NCBI GenBank assembly: GCA_051294375.1
Contig: CM119263.1
Span: 1,013,756-1,077,755 of the forward strand
Origin: Paraspadella gotoi
Lineage: Eukaryota > Animalia > Chaetognatha
Direction: 5' to 3'
DNA: 64,000 bases
Position numbers and translations under genes: made by a program. Below the pieces are notes generated by a model. It saw only the letters and a list, made by a program, of their open reading frames with translations, made no database searches and was not told the DNA's origin. This document shows positions 13,712 to 26,964 of this stretch, in pieces (positions within the stretch are counted from its first letter, which is position 1; the number at the start of each line of letters is the position of its first letter).

Positions 13712-15895
13712 TATGATTATATACAAAAACGAAGAATTTTCTCAAAGCTATTGTACAAACTACCATATACTATTTCTTTAGGACCTTCAATTGGTAAGTG
13801 AAATCATCAGGGTGTCAATTGTAAGTTGTCTTCAATAACAAATATACAAACTAACATGCATTAAGTCTTCCGCAACATGGATATTTTAACGAGTTGACAA
13901 ATAAATAAATACAAATAATTTTTTGAATAATTTTTATTTTAAATATCTGTCGCTTAAAATACAACGTAAGTTTTTAAAATAAATATAATCAAATTAATTA
14001 ATAAAATACATTGAATACAAGATAAACTGAAGGGTCATAATGATATATTTAAACTGTAACCAATACTTAATTTTGGTTTTCAGATATGCCTATCCTTCTA
14101 ATAGCTTGGATGTTCTGCAATTTGTACCTTTTTGTCTGCTCGTTAATTTAGTTTTTTTATTGACTATTTAGGGCTTCAATTTGGAAATATTCCTTCCAAA
14201 CACACAGCGCAACCAATGTGTACAGCAAAAACAAACTGGACATACTTGCGATTTACTATTACATGACAATTGACCACTCAGATAAACAACGATTGAATTT
14301 AACTTCGTTGCAAGTGGGCAACCACCGAACCTGTCGCTGCTCCAGACTGTCGAACGTTTACATCTGTGATATTGCAACCCATATCGCTTTAAAACGTTGC
14401 TAAGCAACCCAGGGACTTTGCCGTCTGGCGGAAGCATCCATTAATCTTCTTGATCCACACGCGACCGTCCCCGTTAAAAACGGAGAGACATTAGGAATCT
14501 CGTGGGCGACGCGATTCCAAAGAAGTTTTTGGGCAATCTCGCCTCACGTTTTGTGTAGTTGGGAAATAAGTGAATATGGAAGATAACATCGCTTGCGTTT
14601 CTGACAAGATCATCATTATGGAATATATTTGCAGGTTAGTTTAAAAGAAAAAGTTATATTTATTATTGTTAAATTAAAAAAATAAGTACCTCTTCGCCCC
14701 GGACTTGGAGAGGCAATTTGGTGGTTTTAAGGTCTCCATCACTCTATACAAGATAATGACAAAACGGGTTTCCCTGCAAGCTTTCAATTCTTTCAATGAA
14801 GAGTGGCTATAATTATTTTCAAAAGAAGGTTTTAATTGTAATGAAAAGCCACTCCATTAAGTATTAGATCGGGGCAATACTGTGAGTTATAACTCCGCAA
14901 CAGCATCAAAATCATTTTTTATATTTTAAATAATTCTGTGATGATTATATGCCAAGAATGCTAACGTAATATTTTTAAACATTTTAATCTATTTTATTTT
15001 ACATTTAGGAAGACTTTATGGACAAATACTATCAACTTGACAACACAAAGCGATAGCAGGTCTCAATTTGGCTCACCACCGAATATTTGTTCCAACGCGG
15101 AATTTATTTTCAAATGTCGACACGACGTCATTTTAAATGTTGACAAAAATTAAAATCCGCATCTGCAGGTGATTGTCAATCAATCAATCAACATTTTAAA
15201 TGTTGACAAAATAAATCCCATCTAACAAGGTGAGTTGGTACAACAATAATCAATCCTTCAAACATTTTAAATGTTGACATATGTAAAATCCAAAAAATTC
15301 ATTAAAAAACACAAGAAATGATGCCAGTCTTCATATCCCTTCAAGGATCTTGCCCATCAACGCCCCTACATTGGCTGCAAAGCTGTAATGGTCGTCCTAA
15401 ATCGAAGACCGGATCTCAAAATGCGTTCATCACTAAAAAGAATGCCATTGATGTTTATTTTGCCCAAATTCTGTTTCGGATTCGCGATCCTCTACCTTCG
15501 GAATCCGACACCGGCCCGCCTTAGACACTGCTGTTCGCCAAAGGCCCACGCACTAACTTCAGTTATTACTCTTGTTTCGAGTTATTGTATGACGGGATTA
15601 CGGTGCCACGGTCCACGTACCCGCTGGCGAAGAGATTCGCACTTCAGTCATTTCATATCGGGGCAACGAACGACGATAAGGACACTTCTTTGTCACTTAT
15701 GTAGATCTATGTGCGATCTCGTAAGTGAAGTGTTGAGGTATTGTCAGCCATTGGTGGGAGATAGAGCAGAAACCAATGCGTGCAATACTGGAAAGTCTAT
15801 GCTCAACAAAGATGCCAACCAAAGGAAGATTTTGTATTAAGAGCTGTATATTATGTAAATTCTGTGAAGAGTAAAGAAAGCCGCGAAAACTTTGA
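13712..15895 (+). pseudogene. Frameshift-ridden duplicate of the GT31 gene (probably an uncorrected long-read copy rather than a true pseudogene)
   Basis: Colinear with 26965-28996 but with frequent single-base indels. Confidence 0.7.
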
Positions 15896-16850
15896 AGCCA
15901 AGAGAATATAGTGAATCTACAAAACGTGTTTTTTACTTTAATAGGCCATAGGAGGCTACGGAACCACAAATCCTACATACTCGGATCTGAAACATACTCT
16001 CTTTTTTCAGGACATTGTTTATTTTATCACGGAAATTGACATGTAATAAGGACAGTTATATTTTAGATTCTCGTATTACAGAAAGAATAATTTAAAAAAA
16101 AGAAATTGATGGAAGATGACCAGAAGGACAGAGAAACGAAGATCAGATAAAGAGAAAATTAAGGTAGAGAATCGCAAATGAATAGAACCAAGAATGGAAT
16201 CTGGATCTACTACGCGTACTCTGATTGGCATTGTAATCATCTATCGGAATCGATACCTAATGAGAAGTATCCGGGCTTCGTGCCCGAGTCAGAGAAACGA
16301 ACCCGTGCCTTAGATGGATTCCCGATTGCTAGGATGTATAACCATGGCCACACCTGGGACCACTTTTGAGAATAAAATCCAAATTGGTCTTCATAGTTTG
16401 AAATCTCTCTGGCTACGTGCCTTAAATGTGGTAGAGGACAAGCGGCTGGGATGAGATGAGACGACGAGAAGGCAGAGAGCGGAAGAGAGGAGAGAGAGAG
16501 AGGAGAGAGAGGGAGTAGGGAGGAGACGAGGTCTAGGCACAAGGAGAAGACGGAGAGAGAGAGAGAGAGAGAAGAGAGAGAGACGAGAGAGAGGAAAAGA
16601 GCGATCCGGCGCGGGAGAAAGAGAGAGAGAGAAGACAGAGAGCTCAAGGATTGGCGATCGGGGAGGGCAATTAAAAGTGGAAGAAACGACGAAGTCAGAA
16701 TTGAAAAACCCCATATTCCTGACGAAACCAACTCGACAATGGAAAAATAAAGATAGAGAAAGGGAGGGACGAGAGAGAGAGAGAGAGAGAATAAGAGAGA
16801 GGAGAGGAGAGGAGAGAGGGAAAGAGAGAAAGAGAGAAGAGAGAGATAGA

Positions 16851-16883
<33 letters not shown>

Positions 16884-19087
16884 GGAGAGAGAGGAGAAGA
16901 GAGGAGAGACAGAGAGAGGAGAGAGAGAGACAGAGAGACAGAGAAGAGAGAAGAGGAGAGAAGAGAGAGAGAGAGGAGAGAGAGAAGAGAGGAGAGAGGA
17001 AGAAAGATGTATTGAATAAGGAGAAACACACACAAAAAAAAGGAGAGAGATGAAGCGAGCGATGCCCTCACTCCCCCCCACTTTCCTTCAGTCACCCCGA
17101 AAAAAACTTGAAAAGAAAAAGGAGCAAAAGTTGTGCCGTTCGCATAAACGAAACGATCGACTCTTCGCCGCCGCCGCCGCACGCGAGCAGCAGCAGCCCC
17201 CGGCCTCTGGCGCCCTCCACGACGACGGAAATGACAGCGCTTTACAATTGCGTCGGCAAAATTTCGATTTCAGAGAAATAATCGAACCTTTTTTTCTCTT
17301 CTAGAAATTTAATTAAATTAATTCAAATTAAAAAAAAAATCAAATCCAATTAATCAATCAAATCGATCAATCAATGGTCATATCCATTTATAGAAATGAT
17401 CCAAAACAATTAATAGGCCCTGCCTTAAAATCGACATCAATTCAGTCAGAATGAATTATGGCATACTTTAAATCTTAATTAAAATCGGATCAACAGGAAT
17501 GACGCCCCCCAAAAAATTTTCCTTCTTAACTTCTTGAATTTCTTGTTTCTTTTTTTTTCCATCTCGACTTCTCTGGTTCAGTTCTGTACTGTTCACTGTT
17601 CTGTTCTGTACTGTTTTGTTCTGTTCTGCTTCTGTTCTCAGATTCTGTTCGCGCTGCTTTTCCCTTTTTTTCTTTTTGCGCAAATTTTTAATTAAAACCG
17701 CAACGCGCGACGCAAAAACGCAACAAAAGAACATCCAGCACATTTTTTCTCTCACTTCTTCCGGTTAATTATATCCATTTTTTCTCCGACTTGGAGCGAA
17801 ATGGATCGTAGCAGGAAAGAGGGCGTCAATGTTTTACCAGGGAAGAGCGGTCGCCTGACACCAACTTGTGATAGAATGTGGTCGTGCACCCGATGGGCGC
17901 ATTGTTAATGCACATTTTTGCAACCTATAAAGTGCACACGGGAAAGCGTGTGTTCTGTCATGTACGCACGTACTTGCAAGTGTGTAGCTTTTTATCAGTA
18001 TACGGTTTTCTTCCTATTTTTTTTTTTTTTTTTTTTGCGAACCTATTCGAAGTTTTCCTTCTTTGACTAATTAGTGCTCAGTGGTTCCACTATTCAGGCA
18101 CAAGCAACTCATGTGTTAATTTGGAGAGTTATTCTCCGAGTCAACTTTTTCTCAAATTTCGTTTAAAAACTAGATATATTACAAATCAATATATTAAATA
18201 TATTAAAAAAAGACATACAACATTTTTATCTCGAAAATATATCCTCCACGTATCCATAAATTGACTATTGATCACGGTATTTTAGAATTTTTTTGCGGGG
18301 GTGATGTTGTTCTACCGTTTTTTTATCAACATCATATCATTCATCAATCATCATCATCAATAGTCATCATCATCATCAACCATAATCATTTATCAATCAT
18401 CATCATTAATCATCATTCATCATAATTCATCATAATCATCATAATCATCATAATCATCATCATCATCATCATCATCATCATTCATTCATCAATTCATCAT
18501 CAATTCATCGCTCACCCTCATCCCAAACTAACAATATGCATTTTAAACGAACCAGGTAGTCCCTTCACGCATATTAACAACTTCAGACTCTCGCCTCCTC
18601 TCGCTTTTCACGCGCGACGTCTCCCCAAATTGAGCCCAAACTCGACACGCCCACTGTTTCTCAAGATTGGCCCGCCATTGTCTATGCAAGTTCGAAGAGG
18701 CCGGAAGGTGACGAAAAAAAAAAACCAATCTTATTTTTTTTGTTTTGGATCCGATTAGGTAATGTTTTTTTTTTGTTTTTTGGATGTTCGTATTTTACGA
18801 CCCAAAGTTTTATGGAAAAATGTCGGGAGAGTAAAAATGTAGGCTTCTTCAACGGCGAATTACTAAGCAAAAATTTAAAAGCTCTATGAACGTATTTTAA
18901 TAAATCGTTTTTTTAAAAAAAATACCTTATGAAAACTTTGTAATTGTCTTCAAAATGACAAATTTTATTCTTTTTTTTAATAAACACTCGGACGCGTCTG
19001 CTTTAAATGCGTCTCGAGTTGGTAAAAGTTAATATTTATAAATTATATTATTACATTTAAAAATAAAATTCCGTCCCAGAAACAAAC

Positions 19088-20649
19088 CCGATTTTCGAGA
19101 TTTCCCAAACGTACAGGAACACATGACGCCCCCACCCATTCTCAGCTTTTCCAGGTTGGGCGTAGTGAAGTACCAAATAGTTACGCGTCGCATCGCTGGA
19201 CGTCTTTGTCGATTCTGTGGAGAGATGGATGGAGCAAGTTCGGGCAGTTGGTCGACGGAGTGTTGTGGAAAAAAGCATTAAAGGAAAAAAAAGCATTAAA
19301 GCAATTAAGAAAAAAGCTTAAAGCATTAAAGGATGGTGGAAAATGCGTTGACCGACTGAACGAAGGCTTCGGCAAAAAAAGGTTGATGTGTACAAAAATA
19401 AGGGGGAGGAATGGACGCTTAAGAGAAGTAATGCCATGAAAGCGAGATAATGAAATGGCATGAAATTGTTGGTAAACATGTGAAAATAAAGATACATTAG
19501 GGAGAGAAAGAAGAAGGATATTCATTGACCCTGAATCGAATTTTTTGGTCAATCAATAAGGCGACGTGAAAGTTACATTACAAAAATTCTAAAAGTCCCA
19601 TTATGAACAACATTTACCATCAAACATTAATTTGCCTAAAAAAATTAATTTTATGTTTAATTTCGCAGTAGGCTAGTATTTATATATAGTTACTATTCCT
19701 TATAAAAATCGAAAATTTTTCAAAATAGGCTTTTTTAATTTGATTGCAGATTTGAATTTCCTCCCGTTCAAAAGCTTGGATAAAAAAATATAATTCATTT
19801 TAAAAATTCTCATTAAGTATAGCGTTAAAATTTAAAAACTATATTGATCAATATATAAAAGTTAATTCAGTTTAAAATATAGCTTTCTAATTTTTGACCA
19901 CTTAATGAAGGAATTGTTCAAAAAGAGTTATATTTCTTTTTAATCAACTTTTTATGACGAATCCAAATCTGCAAAAAAATCTTAAGGAAAAATAACTGTT
20001 TTAAAACTTTTAACATTTATTGTTTTAGTACTAGTATAAATATGGCCTACGCGTAATTGTAAAAATTTATTAAAATTTTTTTTATACATAAATGTTCAAA
20101 TTATAATGTTGTTTCGTTCCCACTTTAGGAATTTTAAATTAAAGTTAAACTTAGGAATTTTACTACGCCTTATTAATCAATAAGGAAAGTTTCAGCATAC
20201 TTATCTTTCGTCTCTCTTCCTTCCCAATTAGAATGACTTTTTCACACCCGCAAGTGTATCTCACGTTCCATTGACGACTTTCACAGTCGAAGGATCACAC
20301 TTATCTCACCGGTGAAGATTGACCAAACTGTCGACGACGCTGGCCGCGGGTTCTTCTACATCCGGTGGCCAAATGACGCCCTCCTCGGAACCCGTTTTCT
20401 GCCTGAAAATTAAAGTTTACGCATATGATGCATTAATCGAAATTTTTTTAAAATCATTTTTACTCTCGTTAAATTTATCCTTTGTAATTTTTTTACCAAT
20501 ATTTGGAATTCGTGTACGAATAATACTTTTGGTCCGAACTGACACAGAACTGTTTGAAGGTCGGCCTCCATTATCTTTTGCAGGGGTTCTGGACGAATAT
20601 ATTTTCCGGAAGGCCAAAGTCAATCGTTCTCTCTCTTCCTCTTTCGTCT

Positions 20650-20695
<46 letters not shown>

Positions 20696-20822
20696 CTTCT
20701 CTCTCTCTCTTCTCTCTCTCTTCAACCAAGTGGAAGCTAAATTTTCTCTTTACTCTCTTCTCTCTCTCTCTCTCTCTCTCTCCGTCTCTCTCCTCTCTTT
20801 CTCTCTCTCTCTCTCTTCTCGT

Positions 20823-20864
<42 letters not shown>

Positions 20865-23201
20865 GGGTCCCTCAAGGGTCAAGTGAGGAATTCGAGTCAC
20901 CTCCACTTTCTTTTTTCCCAAAGAGACGCAGTTTTTGAATGAAAAGGACATAGCCGAAAAAAAAAAGAAGATGTTTCGATGCGAGGAAAAAAAGAATAAA
21001 GAATAAAGACAAAAGAGAGGAAATTTAAAGACTCGCTGTACGAGGAGATTTGAAAAATACTAACATAACTCAATTGAACATATTTTTCTTAAACCCTTCC
21101 TTTTGGTTTTTTCAAATTAAAACTTTTGGGAAATAAAATGAGATATATAAAAATAAGAATATAAAAAATAAATGATTACGAAGTGAAAATGAAGATGAAA
21201 TTATGATTAAAATAATACAATTTTTCCACTATTTATTGAAAAATTGCAAGATTACTTGTTTTGATATATTAGGCTTTAAAATTGTATTATTAAAATTTAA
21301 AATATGCCATATGTTAGTATAAAAAGAACAGAATAAGGAGGCAAAAACGAAAGGCAAGCCGTTAACCAATCGAAAACAAGGAAGTTTGTGACTTCTGTGA
21401 AATAGATAATGGTAAACTAGAAGAGTTAAAGTGAAGGAAAGCGTGAAAAGAGTTCAGTTTGGATAGGGAAGAGTCGGAGTGAGCGGGATCCGGTGAAAAA
21501 TCAGGAGTAGGGCTTACCACTCGCGAGACGAAGGGAAAAAAAACTAAGTGAAAGTCAAACTCGTTTTTTCTAATGCCTGCATGGTGGCTATGGGTAAATG
21601 AGGAGAGAAATGGTTTTTAAAAGTAGAACAAAATATAGTAAAGAAATAGTTATTATGGGAATAAAAAAAATGAAAAAAAATGAAAAAAGAAAGCGGTAAA
21701 AGAACAGGGGGATTAACCACAGCAAGGCTTACAACAGACAGCGAACAAGCAATGAGCAGCCTAATATATTCTTTTTCAAATCCAAAGAAAAGTCGAAAAA
21801 GAACAAACTCCATAGGCAAAAAGTCGTGAAACTGAAAAAGAAATGATTTTTTTTTGGCGAAAAAATATAAAAATACAAAGAAAGAAAAAAAAAGAAATAT
21901 GATGACGGCAGAACCAAACTTAGGCGAGGGGACCATCGCCTGGAAAAAAGAAGTCCCGTGACCTTTAAGAATAAAATACTACGAGAAGCTTAATTCTTAT
22001 TCCAGTCCGCTTAATTCTTATCCAATTAGTCTTTTTATTTGTACAAAAGCAATTCCTCATTCAGGATGTTGTGACGTGAGTATCAAAATGGAAAAAAAGA
22101 CACAAACTACAAATCAGCTCACCTTAGCGGATTGGAAGTCTTGGCAAATTAGTTGAGTAACAAAATAACTTCTCGAAGATTATATTACATCTCTAGATTT
22201 CTCCTAAAAAAAAATTAAAACTTTTTTCATTCGAGTGAACGGGTAACTCACTTTGGTGAGTGACCCGAAAGGGTTCGTGGCGACCTCTGCGTTTTTGATG
22301 GGACTTTTCCACGAAAGGATTTCGTCCTTGCGTCGGGAAATCGTCGTCCTTTCCTTCTGACGTCGTCGTCCGTCGTCGTCGTCGTCGTCGTCGTCGTCCT
22401 TTGACTGACGGAAACAAAATTAAACTTTTTTGTTAATTGAGCAATATATTTATCAGGAACAGAGATAATTGAAAAAGCGTTCAAAACTTCTTAATAATAT
22501 ACAGTGTTTAGTTTTAAAATGAAAGTAACCTTGAAGCCTTTTTCCTAATTATTTATATTTCAAAATATTTTTCACTAAATATTTCTTCCTCAAATTTCAA
22601 TAAACTTTAAATTTCCTTCTGCCCATTCGGTTTTCTCTCTTCCTCCTAAGGAGCCCCTTTCTCGCGCCTTTTTTTCCAAAGAATCGCCCAGTTTCATCTT
22701 GAATTCGAATTCAGTTAAATTTTAGGTTTTAAAGATGGTATGTTAATAGTTTGCGGTAAGGGAAAAGAGTGTTAAAGATTATGTTAAGGATTAAGTGTTA
22801 GAGATTAGGATTTGGATTAAAGATTAAGCGTAACAATTTAATGTTTCATGATTAAGTTATAAGTTAGTTTAAGATTAAATATATATTAGCGGATTAAGAA
22901 ACAGAAATTTCGGGTGTTCTTGCAAAAAGAGCCATCTACTTCCCCATTCATTCTTCCTCCTCCTTGGCTCCTCCTCTCTTTGCTTCTCTTCTTCCTCCCC
23001 TCTTCCTCCTCCTCCTTTTTGCTCTTCCTCCTCTTCCTCCTCTTCCTCCTCTTCCTCACCTCCTCAATGTCTTCACTCCGTCCACCGAAGTCTCGTGCCC
23101 GAAGACGTTGTCTTCGTTGTCGTTTGTTGTTGTTGTTGTTGCCGTCGTCTCTTCCTCCAAAGTCCAGAAAACGGACGTCGGGGCGTTGACGAGGCTGTTG
23201 T
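19088..23201 (-). pseudogene. Indel-ridden duplicate of the last four SGSM exons seen in the window
   Basis: [13 protein letters not shown].. at ~19090-19215; copies of the other exons at ~20310-20402, ~22252-22404 and ~23060-23200. Confidence 0.7.
19557..20172. mobile_element. Fold-back MITE, hAT-like (8-bp TSD)
   Basis: Termini TAAGGCG...CGCCTTA; flanks tcaatcaa/ttaatcaa; empty site TTAATCAA at 32440-32447 in copy 2; internal inverted repeats. Confidence 0.85.
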
Positions 23202-23216
23202 CTGTGGAGAGAGGAG

Positions 23217-23260
<44 letters not shown>

Positions 23261-23924
23261 TAGATAGAAGAGAAAAAAAAAAGAGAGAGGAGAGAGAGAT
23301 TATGGGAAAATGTAAAAAAATTGATTAACAAAATTATTAAGAAAAATTTAAAAGATAGAAGCAAAATTACTCATTTTCAAAATAAAGAAAACTAAACAAG
23401 ATACTGAATAAGGAAAATCAATGGAAAATAATAAAACTAATTTCAACTTAAAAAACTTTCGGTATTACTCCTTTCGACTTTTTTTCTTACTATTTTTATG
23501 TACCTTTACATAATTTCCGATAGTATAATCTATGCAATTGCCTCTTTCCTTTCATTTCCTGCTCGATATTTCATTCTTTTTTTTATTCTCATGTAAATAT
23601 ATTTAAAAAAGGATTTGATGAAATTTCTAACGCCGACAGCTTCATCGGTTTTTAATTAAAACGAAACTCAAGAAAATATTCCGAATTCTTCTTTTGATCA
23701 TTTATGTCCTCCATATCTCTCTCTAAGAGGATTGGGCCCCATATCTCCGCTCAGGGGTCAAATATTGAGATTCGCTTCATAGTTCCATTTATATTGTTAA
23801 TAAGACTATATATGTCAAATTTCACGAAATTATATCGGGTAGTTTGGTGGGAACAGATTCTGGTCACAAAAAAAGGGGTGCCTCATTTTATAATATGAAG
23901 CCTTCTGTAAGGAAAGACAAGAGT

Positions 23925-24215
23925 AGCAAGAAACCAACAACAACAGAAAAAGATAACAACAGCGACGACAACAGTAAAGACAACAACAACAGAAAAAGAT
24001 AACAACAGTGACGACAACAGTAAAGACAACAACAACAGAAAAATATAACAACAGCGACGACAACAGTGACGACAACAACAACAGAAAAAGATAACAGCAA
24101 GGACAACAGTGACGACAACAACAACAGAAAAAGATAATAACAGCGACGACAACAACAACAGAAAAAGATAACAACAGCGACAACAACAGCGACGCCAACA
24201 GCAACAACAAACAGA
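23925..24215. repeat. CAA-rich minisatellite (twin at ~10845-11140)
   Basis: Repeated acaacaacagaaaaagataacaacagYgacg. Confidence 0.9.
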
Positions 24216-25676
24216 ACGTTCTCGCGCGCATTTCTTCCTTTAACGATCCCTTTGGTGAAAATATCGTGGACCCTTTTCCTTATTCGCCTCATTTACGATG
24301 TCTTACTTTCCTCTCTCTNNNNNNNNNNNNNNNNNNNNNNNNNNNNNNNNNNNNNNNNNNNNNNNNNNNNNNNNNNNNNNNNNNNNNNNNNNNNNNNNNN
24401 NNNNNNNNNNNNNNNNNNNNNNNNNNNNNNNNNNNNNNNNNNNNNNNNNNNNNNNNNNNNNNNNNNNNNNNNNNNTCTTTCGCTCCTTCATGCCAGATCG
24501 TGCCTTTGTTTAAAAGAGACAGAATTCCTCTTCGACTGGCCATTTTTGCATTGCAAATGCAATAAGAATCGTCGTCGACGTCGTCGTCGTCGTCTGACTG
24601 ATGAAAACCTGAGCCGTAAGAATCGAAACAAGTTTTCGGTTCCATTCGCTTTGAGAGAAATTGATGCCGTAAAGATAATAATACCCTCTAGGAAAAAAGT
24701 ATATCACATTTTTTGTAGAGGATATCTACTTAAAAACTTATTTGATTTAAAAAAAAAATCAGAATGTTTCAAAATCTACATCGAATTTTCTTTCAGTAGC
24801 TTCCTTTCATTTTTTCGAAGGTCAAATCGTTTAGAAGTTACAAGAAAAAAAAATAGCAACTTCGCTTGTGACGAATGACGAAAAAAAACCGTATTTAGTT
24901 TTTCACCANNNNNNNNNNCGAATGACGAAAAAAACCAAATTTAGTTTTTCACCATTATTTCTTTTTATTTTGAATAGANNNNNNNNNNNNNNNNNNNNNN
25001 NNNNNNNNNNNNNNNNNNNNNNNNNNNNNNNNNNNNNNNNNNNNNNNNNNNNNNNNNNNNNNNNNNNNNNNNNNNNNNNNNNNNNNNNNNNNNNNNNNNN
25101 NNNNNNNNNNNNNNNNNNNNNNNNNNNNNNNNNNNNNNNNNNNNNNNNNNNNNNNNNNNNNNNNNNNNNNNNNNNNNNNNNNNNNNNNNNNNNNNNNNNN
25201 NNNNNNGGAAATATGTGCAACATCAATATCGGGGCTAAAAAGAATTTCATTAAAGGTGTAGAAAAACATTTCACCGTCATATCTAAATTTGCGTTACGAG
25301 AGCATACCCAGATGAATGCAGGCAGTAGTCGAGAACATACCAAATATTGAGAATGTTTTACCCATATTTTGTATATTTTATTGAATAAACTAAACTTTTG
25401 AACAATTATGTGATATACTTTTTTTCTACAGTGCGTCCAATGGTACTGTGTGTTAGAAAAGGGCTTACTGCTCCCAGATCGAAAAACTTTAATTCATTAT
25501 AATGAATATGCGAATTCGTATATGAACATGTTGTAAGGAATGCTACAATGCCGAACAAAATGGAACAACTCTAAGAAAATAAACTGATGCTAAAATTACC
25601 TCATAAGACGTTTTGAAGTCATGAAACAAACGGGAATTGTATTATCTATTTTTTGTTAACAAGGATTGGGATCGGG

Positions 25677-25777
<101 letters not shown>

Positions 25778-25970
25778 AAGTAGTTGGATCGGAGGGCAAT
25801 AAAAGGGAAACGAGATGAGACGGAAAAGTCGAAATTGAAAAATCCATATTCCTTAACAAATCTACAGCTTCTTCTGCGTATTTGAATATCAAGTATTTGT
25901 TCGATATTATCCTTTCATTTCGTTGAGTTTGAGATTTAACGAAAATTTGTTTTTTATGTTTGATGTTTCT

Positions 25971-26024
25971 ACTCTAATGCGCGCTGATGAAGACTCGCAT
26001 TAGAGTCGAAACAAGTCTGTATTA
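25971..26024 (+). ncRNA. Type I hammerhead ribozyme motif (Penelope-like minimal form)
   Basis: gcg-CTGATGA-a-GACTC[gcatta]GAGTC-GAAA-caag-TC-tgt; perfect 5-bp stem II; noisy twin at ~12674-12728. Confidence 0.7.
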
Positions 26025-26964
26025 TAAATAATATCGTTGTTGCATCAAAAACCAATTTTCCTTAAAGTATTTGTTCTATTTTTTTAGGTTTTCTATTTTT
26101 TAACCACCGATGATAACTAATAATGTATTATAAGATATTGGAAAACAAAAAAAAAATTGTTACTGCACTTGTGAAGTTGTTTTTCAAAATGTTAAAAGAT
26201 GAGTCTTAAAAAGAACTACAAAGATCGTCTCTCTCTCTCTCTCTCTCTCTTTCCAAAAATCGACAACGGCCATGCAAAAGACCGGTAAAATTATTGAGCA
26301 GGCCAATAAAGACGGTTAAAATAACTCAGATATTATGAGGACTTAAATAATCCGAAAATCGTGAGAGAGAGACAAAAAAATATAAGGGTAAGGCATAACA
26401 TTTATCAGCACTGTTTACTTAGTTGTCAAAATCTACAGGCGGAGTTTAAGACAAGTTTTAGAGCAAATGAGTTGCGCCGGAGTGACTGCCTTATCACATG
26501 TATTTCTCGTGACATGATGTGTCATGACATGAATAGATGACTATAATAACTCATTAACTTTCTTAGCCCGTGTATTTATGACATACTCTGCATCAAAATT
26601 TATTTTGAAGACGGCGCTAGCAGACCCTTGGATTTGCGGGTTTTTTTTCTGTCTTACAAATGAGCAACCAACTATAGGCAAATTATATGCATTTTTTAAC
26701 GTAAGTGGGACAGACCGACGAACAGACATACCGACCGATCGACTGACCGACCGACCGACGGACCGACCGATAGACCCACCGAAAAGCAACTAAAAAGTAA
26801 GAATAACAATGAGAGTCATCTTGTTTCTTATTTTCGCGTGACCCAAACTTGTCCAAAGAATGAATCATCGCATGTTGTTATTGTCCGTCAAGTCTGAACC
26901 CAAAAACCGGTTTTTATTTTATGTATATACTGTTTTTCTTCTCAAATTTATAGCATATAATATT

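Noticed and set aside
23925-24215. Regularly spaced acaacaacagaaaaagataa units resembling a CRISPR array
   Set aside because: The spacers are themselves CAA/GAC repeats, the context is eukaryotic and there are no cas genes; this is a minisatellite
24595-24640. CTGATGA...CGAAACAAG hammerhead-like spacing
   Set aside because: No stem II or stem I pairing could be formed
24870-24955. Direct repeat flanking the 10-N gap
   Set aside because: Typical unmerged contig overlap; single in copy 1
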